64,000 bases of DNA from a virus: IMG/VR virus record IMGVR_UViG_3300038393_002515. One strand, given 5' to 3'. Made by a program: the position numbers and the translations under genes. The notes beneath the pieces were generated by a model, which was not told the origin of the DNA, searched no databases, and saw nothing but the letters and a program-made list of their open reading frames with translations. Below, one piece after another: positions 42,844 through 51,479 of the stretch. The first letter of the stretch is position 1, and every line of letters begins with the position of its first letter.

Positions 42844-43713
42844 ATGAGCCGACCGCTCATGACCGCCGTGGCCGCCCAGCAGGCCGTCATCGACGAGCAG
42901 CGCCAGCAGCTGGCCGCCGCCCACCGGCGACTGGCCGTCCAGGGGCAGCAGATCGCGCTGATCGCCCGGCTGGCCGGTGTCACCGACGAGGTCGAAGCCC
43001 TCGCCAAGACCGCCGACATCGCCAACCCCGCCCAGCCCATCCCGGACGGACCGGAGCAGGCGCCCTCGGAGACCACCGAGCAGGCCGCCACCCCCGAGAC
43101 CAACGACGACGTCCGCTCCCCGGGCCAGACCGGCAACTCCACCCAGGGCGTCCCGGCCGCCGCGACCGACACCGCCCTCACCCCCGGCGGCACCATCCCG
43201 GCCGAGCCCTACGGCAACCTGCAGGACGTCACCTCCCCGGTCTCCGGCGTCAACACCGGCGAGATCCCGCTGGACGAAACCCGCATCGAATCCGACGTCC
43301 GCGTCGGCAACCCGGCCAACTGGGACGTCGCCTTCCCCTGGACCATGGGCGACAACAAGTCCAACAGCAACCCGGTGACCACCGGCGAGATGGCCGGGGC
43401 ATCGCCGTCGCGTACCCACGCCTGCCTCCGCCTGGCACGCCTGCAGATCCAGGCCGGACTCACCCCCGGCGCCGACGACCTGCAGCTGGCCGCGAGCCTG
43501 GAAGCCGACACCAACCGCACCGACACGATGATCAACCACGAGATCGGCGTCCTCACCGGAGTCGTCAAGGCCGCGACCGCCCGGACCGCGCCGTCGGGCG
43601 CCCGCGTCGCAACCCGCAGCGCGGAGCGCGTCGCCCCCTCCCTGGCGTCCCAGGCGACCGCCTCGGCGGCCCCGCTCGCGGGCGACGACGGACTCTCCGA
43701 CCTGTTCGAGTGA
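42844..43713 (+). CDS. scaffolding-like protein (289 aa)
   Basis: Lies between the protease and capsid genes. Has an N-terminal coiled coil (QQAVIDEQRQQLAAAHRRLAVQGQQIALIARL) and is Ala/Thr/Pro-rich. Shares VAFPWTM with the 20484 product. Confidence 0.55.
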   Translation: MSRPLMTAVAAQQAVIDEQRQQLAAAHRRLAVQGQQIALIARLAGVTDEVEALAKTADIANPAQPIPDGPEQAPSETTEQAATPETNDDVRSPGQTGNSTQGVPAAATDTALTPGGTIPAEPYGNLQDVTSPVSGVNTGEIPLDETRIESDVRVGNPANWDVAFPWTMGDNKSNSNPVTTGEMAGASPSRTHACLRLARLQIQAGLTPGADDLQLAASLEADTNRTDTMINHEIGVLTGVVKAATARTAPSGARVATRSAERVAPSLASQATASAAPLAGDDGLSDLFE

Positions 43714-43812
43714 GCCACTGAGCGCAGAGGGCCTGGCACTTACGCCAGGCCCTCTCGCATGTCCCCAGAAATTCCTTGCGGTTCGGCACTGTCTCCCACC
43801 CCATTGCCAGCG

Positions 43813-43824
43813 CCTAGGGGGTGA
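43813..43824 (+). promoter_or_regulatory. Late motif copy CCTAGGGGGTGA(AGACG)
   Basis: Intergenic, 55 nt upstream of ATG 43880. Confidence 0.45.
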
Positions 43825-43879
43825 AGACGGCCTGCCGGTCCCTCGGCGGCCAGCCGAGACCCACTGGAGGGCGGAACAC

Positions 43880-44392
43880 ATGATCCGCGTGCGGGCAAAC
43901 CTGGCCCACATCAAGCGCACCCTGCGCCCGCTGTACGCCTGGACCCAGGCAACTCCCGCGTCCGTGTTCCTTGACCCGGCGTGGGACCGCAGCATCCCGA
44001 TCTACCCCGGCATGGTCCTGGCCCAGACCGCAGGCGAGACGGTCAGCCTCATCGGCGCCTCCGGCGTCCCCTACGGCCTCGCCGGTGACTACGTCGGCGG
44101 CGACGGCTTCGACCCGCTGCTCGACGTCGGCGTCAACGCCACCTCCGTGTGGATGCTCGGCTCGGACGCTCAGTTCGAGGTCCTCTCGCCCGCGTTCGAC
44201 GACACCCAGACCTGGACCGAGCCGACCGGCACCACCGAGAAGCTCGTCTACGCGATCACCGCCGGTACCGGCCGAGGCAAGCTCGCGCTCGCCACCAACG
44301 GCGCCGTCGCCACCGCGATCTCCACGCTGCCGGTCGCCCGACTGGTCCGGGTCAACTCCCCGTCCAAGATCACCATCGGCGGCCTGCGCTGA
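43880..44392 (+). CDS. head-associated protein (170 aa), possibly decoration or capsid accessory
   Basis: Lies immediately upstream of the major capsid gene. Beta-rich composition. Function inferred from position only. Confidence 0.4.
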   Translation: MIRVRANLAHIKRTLRPLYAWTQATPASVFLDPAWDRSIPIYPGMVLAQTAGETVSLIGASGVPYGLAGDYVGGDGFDPLLDVGVNATSVWMLGSDAQFEVLSPAFDDTQTWTEPTGTTEKLVYAITAGTGRGKLALATNGAVATAISTLPVARLVRVNSPSKITIGGLR

Positions 44393-44426
44393 CGCGCCTG
44401 AGCCGAGCGAGAGGACTCAACTCACC

Positions 44427-45413
44427 ATGACCGCAGCGCCCGCCGCCACCGGCCACGTCCGCACCGCCAGGAAGTCGGACGACTACGTCGCCGAGATCCT
44501 CGCCCGACGCGAGCAGCGCGGCAACCAGCCGCTCTCCTTCGAGGCCAAGCGCCAGCGCCTCCAGGCCGTCGCCAGCGACTCCGTCAACGGCATCAAGCGC
44601 CTCGGCGTCGGCATGATCGGCCCCATCCAGCTCAAGCTCCGCTACCAGGGCATCACCCGAAACGTCCTGGTCGAGGACCCCTGCACCCCCGGCACCCCGG
44701 TCGAGTACGACGTCTGGGATGACCTCGGACAGGCCTACATCATGTCCGGCACGGACGGCGAAGTCCGCATCACGCCGTTCGAAGGCAAGCGCATCCAGGT
44801 GCGGTTCTTCCGCATCGCCAGCCGCCCGGCCATCCGCAAGGAAGACCTGCTCTACCTGCGCATCAACGCCGTCGAGCAGGCCCAGGACGAGACCAAGCAG
44901 GCCATCCTCAAGCAGGAAGACTCGCGCCTCGTTACCATCCTGCAGGCCGCGATCTCCGACTACGCGACCCGCTCCGACCACACGGTCACCCCGAACCACA
45001 CGATCACCGAAGCGTCGGGCTACCTGACCCCGGGCTCGCTGTACTCGGCCGTCTCCATGACGGACATGCACGAGCTGCAGTCCAGCCGGATCCTCATCAA
45101 CCCGATGGACTACCGGGACATGTACCGGTGGGACATCAACCAGACCGGCTGGGCGTTCAAGGACCGAGTCGTCGCAGGTGAGACCATCACCAGCTTCGGC
45201 GAGTTCCAGATCCAGCGCTCCATCGTCATCCCGCAGAACAAGATCTTCCTGACGCCGGACCCGCAGTTCCTGGGCGTCTTCCCGGTCCTGTACTCGCTGG
45301 ACGTCGAGGAAAACCACCGTGTCGAGTCCTTCTGGAAGGGCTGGGTGTTCGACGAGATGGTGAGCATGCTGATCCTCAATCCGCGCGGTTTGGCGGTCAT
45401 TCAGAAGAGTTGA
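44427..45413 (+). CDS. major capsid protein (328 aa)
   Basis: ATG 44427. Size and order (protease, scaffold, capsid) fit, and a very strong terminator follows. The sequence style matches phage major capsid families. No search was run. Confidence 0.7.
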   Translation: MTAAPAATGHVRTARKSDDYVAEILARREQRGNQPLSFEAKRQRLQAVASDSVNGIKRLGVGMIGPIQLKLRYQGITRNVLVEDPCTPGTPVEYDVWDDLGQAYIMSGTDGEVRITPFEGKRIQVRFFRIASRPAIRKEDLLYLRINAVEQAQDETKQAILKQEDSRLVTILQAAISDYATRSDHTVTPNHTITEASGYLTPGSLYSAVSMTDMHELQSSRILINPMDYRDMYRWDINQTGWAFKDRVVAGETITSFGEFQIQRSIVIPQNKIFLTPDPQFLGVFPVLYSLDVEENHRVESFWKGWVFDEMVSMLILNPRGLAVIQKS

Positions 45414-45460
45414 TCATGAACCCCTAACGGGGGATCGACTCCTGGATCTGGCATGATCAA

Positions 45461-45495
45461 CGAAGGCCCCCTCGGTCGCTGCGAGGGGGCCTTCG
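45461..45495 (+). terminator. Perfect 14-bp hairpin CGAAGGCCCCCTCG / CGAGGGGGCCTTCG with a 7-nt loop
   Basis: Lies 48 nt after the capsid stop. Confidence 0.75.
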
Positions 45496-45751
45496 TCATG
45501 CCCACTGGCTTCGGGGGCGCCGCCATAGGCTCTGGCCTTCCAGCTCGTGGGCGGTGGCTGGTGGCCATCGTGAGCCCTGGCCCCCGAAGGGGGACCAGGG
45601 TCACCGCCGGGCGTTGCGCTCGGTGTGTCGTCTGGCGGGTGACATATTCTCACCTTGGCACAGTCGGGGCGTAGTTGGAACCCCACCTTCAGTAATTCTG
45701 GCCGCTGGAGAGAATTTTGGCCATGGTCGCTGTCTCCTGGCCCGCTGAGAT

Positions 45752-45766
45752 CCTTAGGGGGTGAGG
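45752..45766 (+). promoter_or_regulatory. Late motif copy CCTTAGGGGGTGAGG (no annotated gene directly downstream)
   Basis: Followed by GAGGAGGG plus GTG 45774, which opens a 37-codon ORF. That ORF ends at the TGA of the next motif copy. Confidence 0.4.
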
Positions 45767-45877
45767 AGGGTTTGTGGTGGGCCCTCTGTGCGGCTCCGTT
45801 CTCCGGCCGCTGGGCCTCGACCCCCGGGTTCCCCCTTCCCGGGGGTCGAGTGCTGTCTGGGGTGGGGTTGGGCTGCT

Positions 45878-45887
45878 CAAGGGGTGA
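45878..45887 (+). promoter_or_regulatory. Late motif copy CAAGGGGTGA
   Basis: 33 nt upstream of ATG 45921. Confidence 0.5.
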
Positions 45888-45920
45888 CGGAGGATCCGTC
45901 CCTTTGATCTAGGAGGCGTC

Positions 45921-46304
45921 ATGCCTGTCCAGCAGCTCCAGGTGTCCAACCCGTCGGATGGTGTCACGGTCGTGACTCCAGACCCTGACAAGCCGAAGTC
46001 GTACCTGCGTTTCGAGGGCAAGGGCGATGAAGCGGGTGGCGATGTCCTGTTCGTGTCCCGTGACACGGCGCTGCTGGCGCCTTTCGTGCGTGCGGTGCGC
46101 AACGGGACGCTGGTCATCGACGACGACATCTCGGCCGACCCGGAGCTGCTGCGTGTCCTCGGCACGGTCAAGGAGCGTCAGCCGGAGGCTCAGGCGCCGT
46201 TGACCGCGATCCGTGTGGTCAGCGAGTGGGACGAGGCTGACGAGTCTTACAAGTCTGTCGACAAGCCCCTCCGTGTCGTCATCGAACCCCTCTTCAAGGC
46301 GTGA
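45921..46304 (+). CDS. hypothetical virion-module protein (127 aa)
   Basis: ATG follows TAGGAGG. Confidence 0.65.
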   Translation: MPVQQLQVSNPSDGVTVVTPDPDKPKSYLRFEGKGDEAGGDVLFVSRDTALLAPFVRAVRNGTLVIDDDISADPELLRVLGTVKERQPEAQAPLTAIRVVSEWDEADESYKSVDKPLRVVIEPLFKA

Positions 46305-46594
46305 GTCACATGAGCATGAGCGATCACGAGCGGGCGTTGCTGGTCACCGGCACGCTCGACACTTCCGGCGTCGGCGGCAGCCCGTACGCGCGCCTCGACA
46401 TGGTCGCCGTGGCGTTCGGCGCCGAGACGGCCGAGGCTTCGGTGGCCGAGGAGGTCGCGGAGCCGGAGGAGAAGGCGGCCGAAAACAGCCCCTCGGTGCC
46501 GGAGCCCAAGGTCGAGGAAAGGGCTCAGGCGCGTACCACGACCAAGCGTTCCCCGGCGAAGAAGGCGCAGGCGTCCGCGCCTGCTGAGAAGTAA
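46301..46594 (+). CDS. hypothetical protein (97 aa; alternative starts ATG 46310 and 46316)
   Basis: GTGA overlap. Ala/Glu/Lys-rich C-terminus. Confidence 0.5.
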   Translation: MSHMSMSDHERALLVTGTLDTSGVGGSPYARLDMVAVAFGAETAEASVAEEVAEPEEKAAENSPSVPEPKVEERAQARTTTKRSPAKKAQASAPAEK

Positions 46595-46606
46595 AGGAGT
46601 GGGCTG

Positions 46607-47614
46607 ATGGCCGCATCTGACCAGACAGGCACCTACCAGACCGACGGGTCGATCGGCACCAAGGGTCTGCCGGGTGCGGCCCCCAGCCCGGTCACGGCGC
46701 CCGACACCAGTGGCGTGGCCCTTGGTACCTCCGCAGGCTGGGCGCCGACGTCGACCAATCTGTCGGGTACCAAGGACACGCTGTACGGGCCGGTGGTCGA
46801 CAAGTACCCGGCGCCGCATGCGCAGCCGGTGCCTTCGGCGGCGTCGAACGCGGACACCACGAAGACGGACTCGCCCGTGGGTAACGGCATCACTCAGCCG
46901 ATCAACCCGATCGTCTGGATGTCCGGTACGACGGACACTGCAGCGTTCGGCGCTGTTCCGGCGGGCACCACGACCGTACCGGCCGCACCCGCCGCGCCCA
47001 CGGCTGTCGCTGGGGACCGCTACATTCAGGTGTCCTGGACGCCGGTTTCCAACCCGGGCGCGGACGCCAAGGTCACCCAGTACGTCATCGAGTCGGACAC
47101 CGGCGGCCACGTCTTCGCGGCCGCCAATGCGACCTCTGTCCGGTTCGACAACGTCAAGGGCGGCCAGGCGTACAAGTTCCGTGTCTGCGCGGTCAACAAG
47201 AACGGCGACGGCCCGTTCAGCCCGTTCTCGGCGGCCGCCGTCGCGCCTGGCAACGAGGACGAGGTCCGTCCCGTGTCGCTGGCTGCCGACAACGCCGTGA
47301 ACCCGATCTACAACCAGGACGGCTCGATCAAGCCGGGTTCGTACGGGGCACCGACCGCGCCCGGCAAGCCGACCGTGGCGGCCGGTGCAACGACCACCGC
47401 CAACGTCACTTGGACGGCGCCGTCCACTGGTCAGCCGTCTGGCGGCTACGACGTGAAGGCCTCCTCGGGCCAGACCGTCCACGTCGGTCCGGCCGTCCTG
47501 ACGGTCAACGTGCCCGGTCTGACGGTGTCGCAGGTGATCACGTTCACCGTCACCGCGATCGGCCAGCTGCAGAACGCCACGTCGACTCCGTCGAACAACT
47601 ACACCGTGGTCTGA
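46607..47614 (+). CDS. structural protein with two fibronectin type III-like domains (335 aa)
   Basis: PAAPTAVAGDRYIQVSWTPVSNPGADAKVTQYVIES...YKFRVCAVNKNGDGPFS is a typical FN3. A second copy reads PGKPTVAAGATTTANVTWTAPS...FTVTAIG. Confidence 0.7.
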   Translation: MAASDQTGTYQTDGSIGTKGLPGAAPSPVTAPDTSGVALGTSAGWAPTSTNLSGTKDTLYGPVVDKYPAPHAQPVPSAASNADTTKTDSPVGNGITQPINPIVWMSGTTDTAAFGAVPAGTTTVPAAPAAPTAVAGDRYIQVSWTPVSNPGADAKVTQYVIESDTGGHVFAAANATSVRFDNVKGGQAYKFRVCAVNKNGDGPFSPFSAAAVAPGNEDEVRPVSLAADNAVNPIYNQDGSIKPGSYGAPTAPGKPTVAAGATTTANVTWTAPSTGQPSGGYDVKASSGQTVHVGPAVLTVNVPGLTVSQVITFTVTAIGQLQNATSTPSNNYTVV

Positions 47615-47631
47615 GTTCAGCTGGTCTGGCG

Positions 47632-47659
47632 GCCCCGTCCCACGACTCCGGGACGGGGC
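47632..47659 (+). terminator. Perfect 10-bp hairpin GCCCCGTCCC / GGGACGGGGC followed by TGCTTGCTGTT
   Basis: 18 nt after the stop at 47614. Confidence 0.65.
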
Positions 47660-47674
47660 TGCTTGCTGTTCGTG

Positions 47675-47720
47675 GCCCTCTCGCGGCCGCCAAGGGGCGA
47701 AGGCGACATGAGGAGAGGGC
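47675..47720 (+). promoter_or_regulatory. Late motif copy: 8-bp hairpin GCCCTCTC/GAGAGGGC enclosing CCAAGGGGCGA (47690-47700)
   Basis: The 3' arm overlaps the SD AGGAGAGGG of ATG 47725. Confidence 0.55.
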
Positions 47721-47724
47721 GGCG

Positions 47725-48384
47725 ATGTCCGGTACGACACCACGGCTGGGGCTGAAGACGTGGGATCAGTCCGATCCCTTCCTCCGCCAGGACTTCAACG
47801 ACAACAACGGGCGCCTGGACGCCTATCCCGGTACCTACATCTGCACGTCTGGTTCCCGGCCCGCCTGGGGTGGCGCGCAGTCGGGCATGCGTATCTTCGA
47901 GACGGACACGCGGCGTGAGCTGATGTGGAACGGCACGGCGTGGCGGGAGCCTTTGGTCACGCCGCCGGTGTGGACGGGGTATATCCAGCCCCAGGCCACG
48001 ATGGGCAAGGACACGCACGTCTACTACAAGCTGGCGACGTTTCAGGTCAACCGGCCGGGTGCGCTTCTGGTGCACCTGGAGGTCGAGGTCACGGTCCAGT
48101 CTCTGTATACGGCGAACATGTCGGCGCGGCCGCAGGTGGATGGTGGTGACTGTCAGATCGGCAGTACGGCGTCGTACATGCGGGTGGCGCAGACGAACAC
48201 TTCTGGCAGTGGTTGGCAGAGGCACTGGATGATGGGTGCGGTCGGCCTGCGTTCGGTTGGTGTGGGCTCGCACAACTTCGGTCTCCACTTCTACACGACG
48301 CCGACGTCGACCACGTCTTCGGTGTCGGTGATGCTGTCGTCGGTGCGTGGCTACGCAATGCTCGTCAACTCGCAGGACACCTGA
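47725..48384 (+). CDS. fibre / minor-tail-like protein (219 aa)
   Basis: The N-terminus TPRLGLKTWDQSDPFLRQDFNDNNGRLD resembles N-termini of actinophage minor tail or fibre proteins. The remainder is beta-rich. Confidence 0.5.
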   Translation: MSGTTPRLGLKTWDQSDPFLRQDFNDNNGRLDAYPGTYICTSGSRPAWGGAQSGMRIFETDTRRELMWNGTAWREPLVTPPVWTGYIQPQATMGKDTHVYYKLATFQVNRPGALLVHLEVEVTVQSLYTANMSARPQVDGGDCQIGSTASYMRVAQTNTSGSGWQRHWMMGAVGLRSVGVGSHNFGLHFYTTPTSTTSSVSVMLSSVRGYAMLVNSQDT

Positions 48385-49259
48385 TGGCGATCGACGAGTA
48401 CACGGACCGGGCCTACGTCTCTCGTTATGCGGCGGCGGACTTCGGGCTGCAGGTCATGCGGGATGGCGTGCCGGGCGAGGCTGACGGTGACGTCACGGTG
48501 GCGCTGCTGCACGACACCGATGCGCAGACGCAGGTGTTCTCCCGGGCGGCCGACCATCCTGGTGTCGGTCAGTACACGGTGCGCTTGTCGTCGAAGGAGA
48601 CGGCTGCTCCGGGTCCGTACGTGCTGGTGTGGACGTACGCCGTGGCCGGGTCCGCCGAGGAGTGGCGGTACTGGCTGGAGGTCGGCAAGGCGGCTCCGGA
48701 GTACGACCGGCTGGCCGACTCGATGAAGGCGGTGATCGAGACCACGTGGAACCGGTTCAGCGACCTGTTCGACTACGCCACCGAAGGCCCGCACCTGCAG
48801 TCGTACGTCCAGTCGAACTTCGGCCGGAACCGTCTCGCTCAGCTGCTCAGGATCGCCGTCGGCCGCCTGAACACGGTGGCGCAGCCGTACCAGACGTACA
48901 CCCTCGACGGTGACGGCGGCGCAACGTTCCCGGTGCAGCAGTGGGGCTCTCTGCTGGAGTCCGCGCTGTATGTGGAGTGTCTGAAGCACTTGATGCGCTC
49001 CTACGTCGAGCAGCCTGAGGTGCAGTCCGGTTCGGGGGTCTCGCGGCTGGACCGGCGGGACTACATGGATCGTTGGGGCACCGTGCTGCAGGGCGAGGAC
49101 CAGGTCCTGAAGTCCCAGCTGGACACCTTCAAGATCGCCCACATGGGGCTCGGTACCGCCCGGGTCCTGGTCTCCGGCGGTGCCTATGGCAGGTGGGGTC
49201 CGACCCGGCTGCCGCTGTCTGAGGCCGCACGGCCTCGTTGGCTCACTCGGTTCTACTGA
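48384..49259 (+). CDS. virion protein (291 aa), possibly a head-tail adaptor or connector
   Basis: ATG overlaps the upstream TGA. Function inferred from position only. Confidence 0.4.
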   Translation: MAIDEYTDRAYVSRYAAADFGLQVMRDGVPGEADGDVTVALLHDTDAQTQVFSRAADHPGVGQYTVRLSSKETAAPGPYVLVWTYAVAGSAEEWRYWLEVGKAAPEYDRLADSMKAVIETTWNRFSDLFDYATEGPHLQSYVQSNFGRNRLAQLLRIAVGRLNTVAQPYQTYTLDGDGGATFPVQQWGSLLESALYVECLKHLMRSYVEQPEVQSGSGVSRLDRRDYMDRWGTVLQGEDQVLKSQLDTFKIAHMGLGTARVLVSGGAYGRWGPTRLPLSEAARPRWLTRFY

Positions 49260-49278
49260 TCGGTAACAAGGAGGGGCC

Positions 49279-49455
49279 ATGTCCGGTGGCGCCCAAGAAG
49301 GTCCTGCACCGTCCGTCGAATTCGACCTGGGTGTTCTCGCCCCGGGCCAGGTGGTGGTCTCGCACCGCACCTGCACCTACGGCGAGATCGTCGAGTCCCT
49401 CTACGACGCCGAGAAGTTCCGCATCCTGCACATCTGCCCCGGCCCGCAAGCCTGA
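49279..49455 (+). CDS. small hypothetical protein (58 aa), below the track cutoff
   Basis: My own translation is MSGGAQEGPAPSVEFDLGVLAPGQVVVSHRTCTYGEIVESLYDAEKFRILHICPGPQA*. A strong SD AAGGAGGGG lies 3 nt upstream. Confidence 0.5.
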   Translation: MSGGAQEGPAPSVEFDLGVLAPGQVVVSHRTCTYGEIVESLYDAEKFRILHICPGPQA

Positions 49456-49466
49456 CGGGAGAACCC

Positions 49467-50024
49467 ATGTACAGCGTCACCCTCAAGGCCGGTCTGGTCG
49501 ACGTCGTCCTGCCCAACGGCAACCGCTACCAGGGCGGCGACACCGTCGCCCTGTCCGACACGCACTACGGCCAGATGTCGGCGGCCACACGTGCGGCCGT
49601 ATTCGCCACCGCGCCTTCGCCCGCCTCCTCGGCCACGCAGGAGCTGTTCCGGGCAACCGGGCTGACCCTGAACGCCAGTTCAGACATCGTGACAGCGAAT
49701 ACCGTCAACCAGGCCACGGGCAAGACCGGCGTGATCGATGTGTCGGCCGTCCAGAACGGCCTCCTCGTCGTCAGCGTGGCCTCCGTATCCGGCACCACCC
49801 CTGGTCTGGCAGTCTTCTTCGACTGCCAGGACGCCGCCGGGAACTGGGTGCAGACCTCCGCGCCAACGTCGATCGGCGGAGTCGTCCTGAACGCCTCCGG
49901 CTACACCTACGGCGTCATCAACAACGGCTACCGCCTCACGCACAAGGGCCGTATCCGCTGGACCGTCACCGGCACCGGCAGCCCCACGTTCAACGGCGTC
50001 ACCTTCAGCCTGTTCGGCAGCTGA
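49467..50024 (+). CDS. hypothetical virion-module protein (185 aa)
   Basis: Beta-rich, Gly/Thr/Val-rich composition. Confidence 0.6.
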   Translation: MYSVTLKAGLVDVVLPNGNRYQGGDTVALSDTHYGQMSAATRAAVFATAPSPASSATQELFRATGLTLNASSDIVTANTVNQATGKTGVIDVSAVQNGLLVVSVASVSGTTPGLAVFFDCQDAAGNWVQTSAPTSIGGVVLNASGYTYGVINNGYRLTHKGRIRWTVTGTGSPTFNGVTFSLFGS

Positions 50025-50026
50025 CG

Positions 50027-50692
50027 ATGAGAACGACCCGAGGCACGTACGTACGGGCCCAGCAGAACTGGGCCGTCGACCAGGAACGCCAGCGGCACGA
50101 TCAAGCCCTGTGGGCTCTTGGAGAGAGCACTCTGTTCTGCCTGCTCTGGACGGCCCGGGACTACGACAACGGGCTCGTCGGCCTGTGCACGGTGTGCGCG
50201 TCCGACCGCATCTCCAAGGCGTACGGGCAGCCGACCCGGAACAAGTGCCCGAACTGCTTCGGCACCCGCTTCGAGGGTGGCTACCGGGCGCTCATCGTCC
50301 GCCCGGCCATCTTCACGGACGCCGACGACGGCCAGTCCTTCACCGCCCGGGGTGTCGTCTCGCCGCAGGAGGTCCATCTGGAGACCACCAGCGACTTCCG
50401 CGTCCACGGCGGCGACTACGCTATGCGCGCCACCGGTGAGCGCCTGCAGCTGCGCACCCCGCAGCGCACCACGCTGCGCACCGGCTTCGGGACCCCGCAC
50501 CAGCGCGACGTCGGCACGGCGTACAACCTGACCCGGGCGGCCGTCGAGGACGAGGACTCCGTGGCCTACACGATCCCGCCGAACACCACCGACCTCATCA
50601 CCATCCTGTCCCGTTCTGGGTCAACTCCTCCCAGTTGGTCCGACGTGGAAGTAATTCGGGCTCCGCTGATTCCGCTGTACGAGCGAGACTGA
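50027..50692 (+). CDS. virion-module protein with a Zn-ribbon (221 aa)
   Basis: ATG 50027. Carries CTVCASD...KCPNCFGTRFEGGY. The 5' 790 nt of track ORF 49238-50692 do not look coding. Confidence 0.6.
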   Translation: MRTTRGTYVRAQQNWAVDQERQRHDQALWALGESTLFCLLWTARDYDNGLVGLCTVCASDRISKAYGQPTRNKCPNCFGTRFEGGYRALIVRPAIFTDADDGQSFTARGVVSPQEVHLETTSDFRVHGGDYAMRATGERLQLRTPQRTTLRTGFGTPHQRDVGTAYNLTRAAVEDEDSVAYTIPPNTTDLITILSRSGSTPPSWSDVEVIRAPLIPLYERD

Positions 50693-50710
50693 GCCCGCCA
50701 CACCACCACA

Positions 50711-50720
50711 CCAAGGGGTA
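50711..50720 (+). promoter_or_regulatory. Late motif copy CCAAGGGGTA, here at SD distance
   Basis: 5 nt upstream of ATG 50726. Confidence 0.45.
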
Positions 50721-50725
50721 CCGCC

Positions 50726-51445
50726 ATGCCCGAGCCCACCTTCCGCGACGACGTCACCGTCGAGCTGGTCAAGCACACCGCGTCCGACGCCGATGTTCTC
50801 TTCGCCGCCCGGGTATCCACCGGTACACCCACTGCTCTCGAAGAGATCGGCGCTCTCACAGACCGCGACACCGGCCTCATCAACTACCTGATGAGAGACC
50901 GTCATGGCAGCCCCTTCGAGCACAACTCGATGACGTTCTTCGTCAGCGCGCCGATCTTCGTGTTCCGCGAGTTCATGCGCCACAGGGTCGGGTTCTCCTA
51001 CAACGAGGAGAGCGGGAGGTACCGCGAACTGCAGCCGGTCTTCTACGTGCCCGGGGAGGACCGCAAGCTCGTTCAGACCGGCAAGCCGGGTGCGTACACC
51101 TTCCTCCCCGGCCCGAAGAGCCTGCACGAGCAGGTGTACCGCGAGATGGCCGAGGCCTACGACCGGTCGTACGCGCACTACGTGAGCCTGCTGGGCAAGG
51201 GCGTCGCCCGCGAGGTCGCCCGCGCCGTCCTGCCGGTGGGTCTGTTCTCGTCGATGTACGTCACCTGCAACGCGCGCTCGCTGATGCACTTCCTCGGCCT
51301 GCGCACGACCCACCCGGACGCCAAGGTGCCCTCGTTCCCGCAGCGTGAGATCGAGATGGTGGCCGAGCAGATGGAGGCCGCCTGGGCCGAGCTGATGCCG
51401 GTCACCTACGCCGCCTTCAACGCCAACGGCCGCGTCGCACCGTAG
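50726..51445 (+). CDS. thyX: FAD-dependent thymidylate synthase ThyX
   Basis: 239 aa with the ThyX signature RHRVGFSYNEESGRY (RHRxxSxxxxSxR). Also carries ARSLMHFLGLRT. Confidence 0.9.
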   Translation: MPEPTFRDDVTVELVKHTASDADVLFAARVSTGTPTALEEIGALTDRDTGLINYLMRDRHGSPFEHNSMTFFVSAPIFVFREFMRHRVGFSYNEESGRYRELQPVFYVPGEDRKLVQTGKPGAYTFLPGPKSLHEQVYREMAEAYDRSYAHYVSLLGKGVAREVARAVLPVGLFSSMYVTCNARSLMHFLGLRTTHPDAKVPSFPQREIEMVAEQMEAAWAELMPVTYAAFNANGRVAP

Positions 51446-51479
51446 CGCTCTGGATAAAAATTGGGTACGATCTGGATTC

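Larger units (their letters stand above)
45496..45920 (+). other. ~425-nt structured non-coding region
   Basis: Contains only junk-like ORFs. Hairpins lie at 45571-45596 and 45816-45850 (13-bp perfect CTCGACCCCCGGG/CCCGGGGGTCGAG). Two late-motif copies are present. Confidence 0.5.

Noticed and set aside
45774-45887. A 37-codon ORF with a strong SD inside the post-capsid non-coding region.
   Set aside because: About 8 of its 37 third positions are T, noticeably less GC-biased than surrounding genes. It also spans a 13-bp perfect hairpin. It is kept as a note in the finding, not called as a gene.
45496-45920. Possible tRNA or tmRNA-like gene in the long non-coding region after the capsid gene. 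The 39422-39745 region was also checked.
   Set aside because: I could not fold a cloverleaf and found no GTTCRAnnC T-loop with a matching acceptor stem. The hairpins are simple GC-rich stem-loops.
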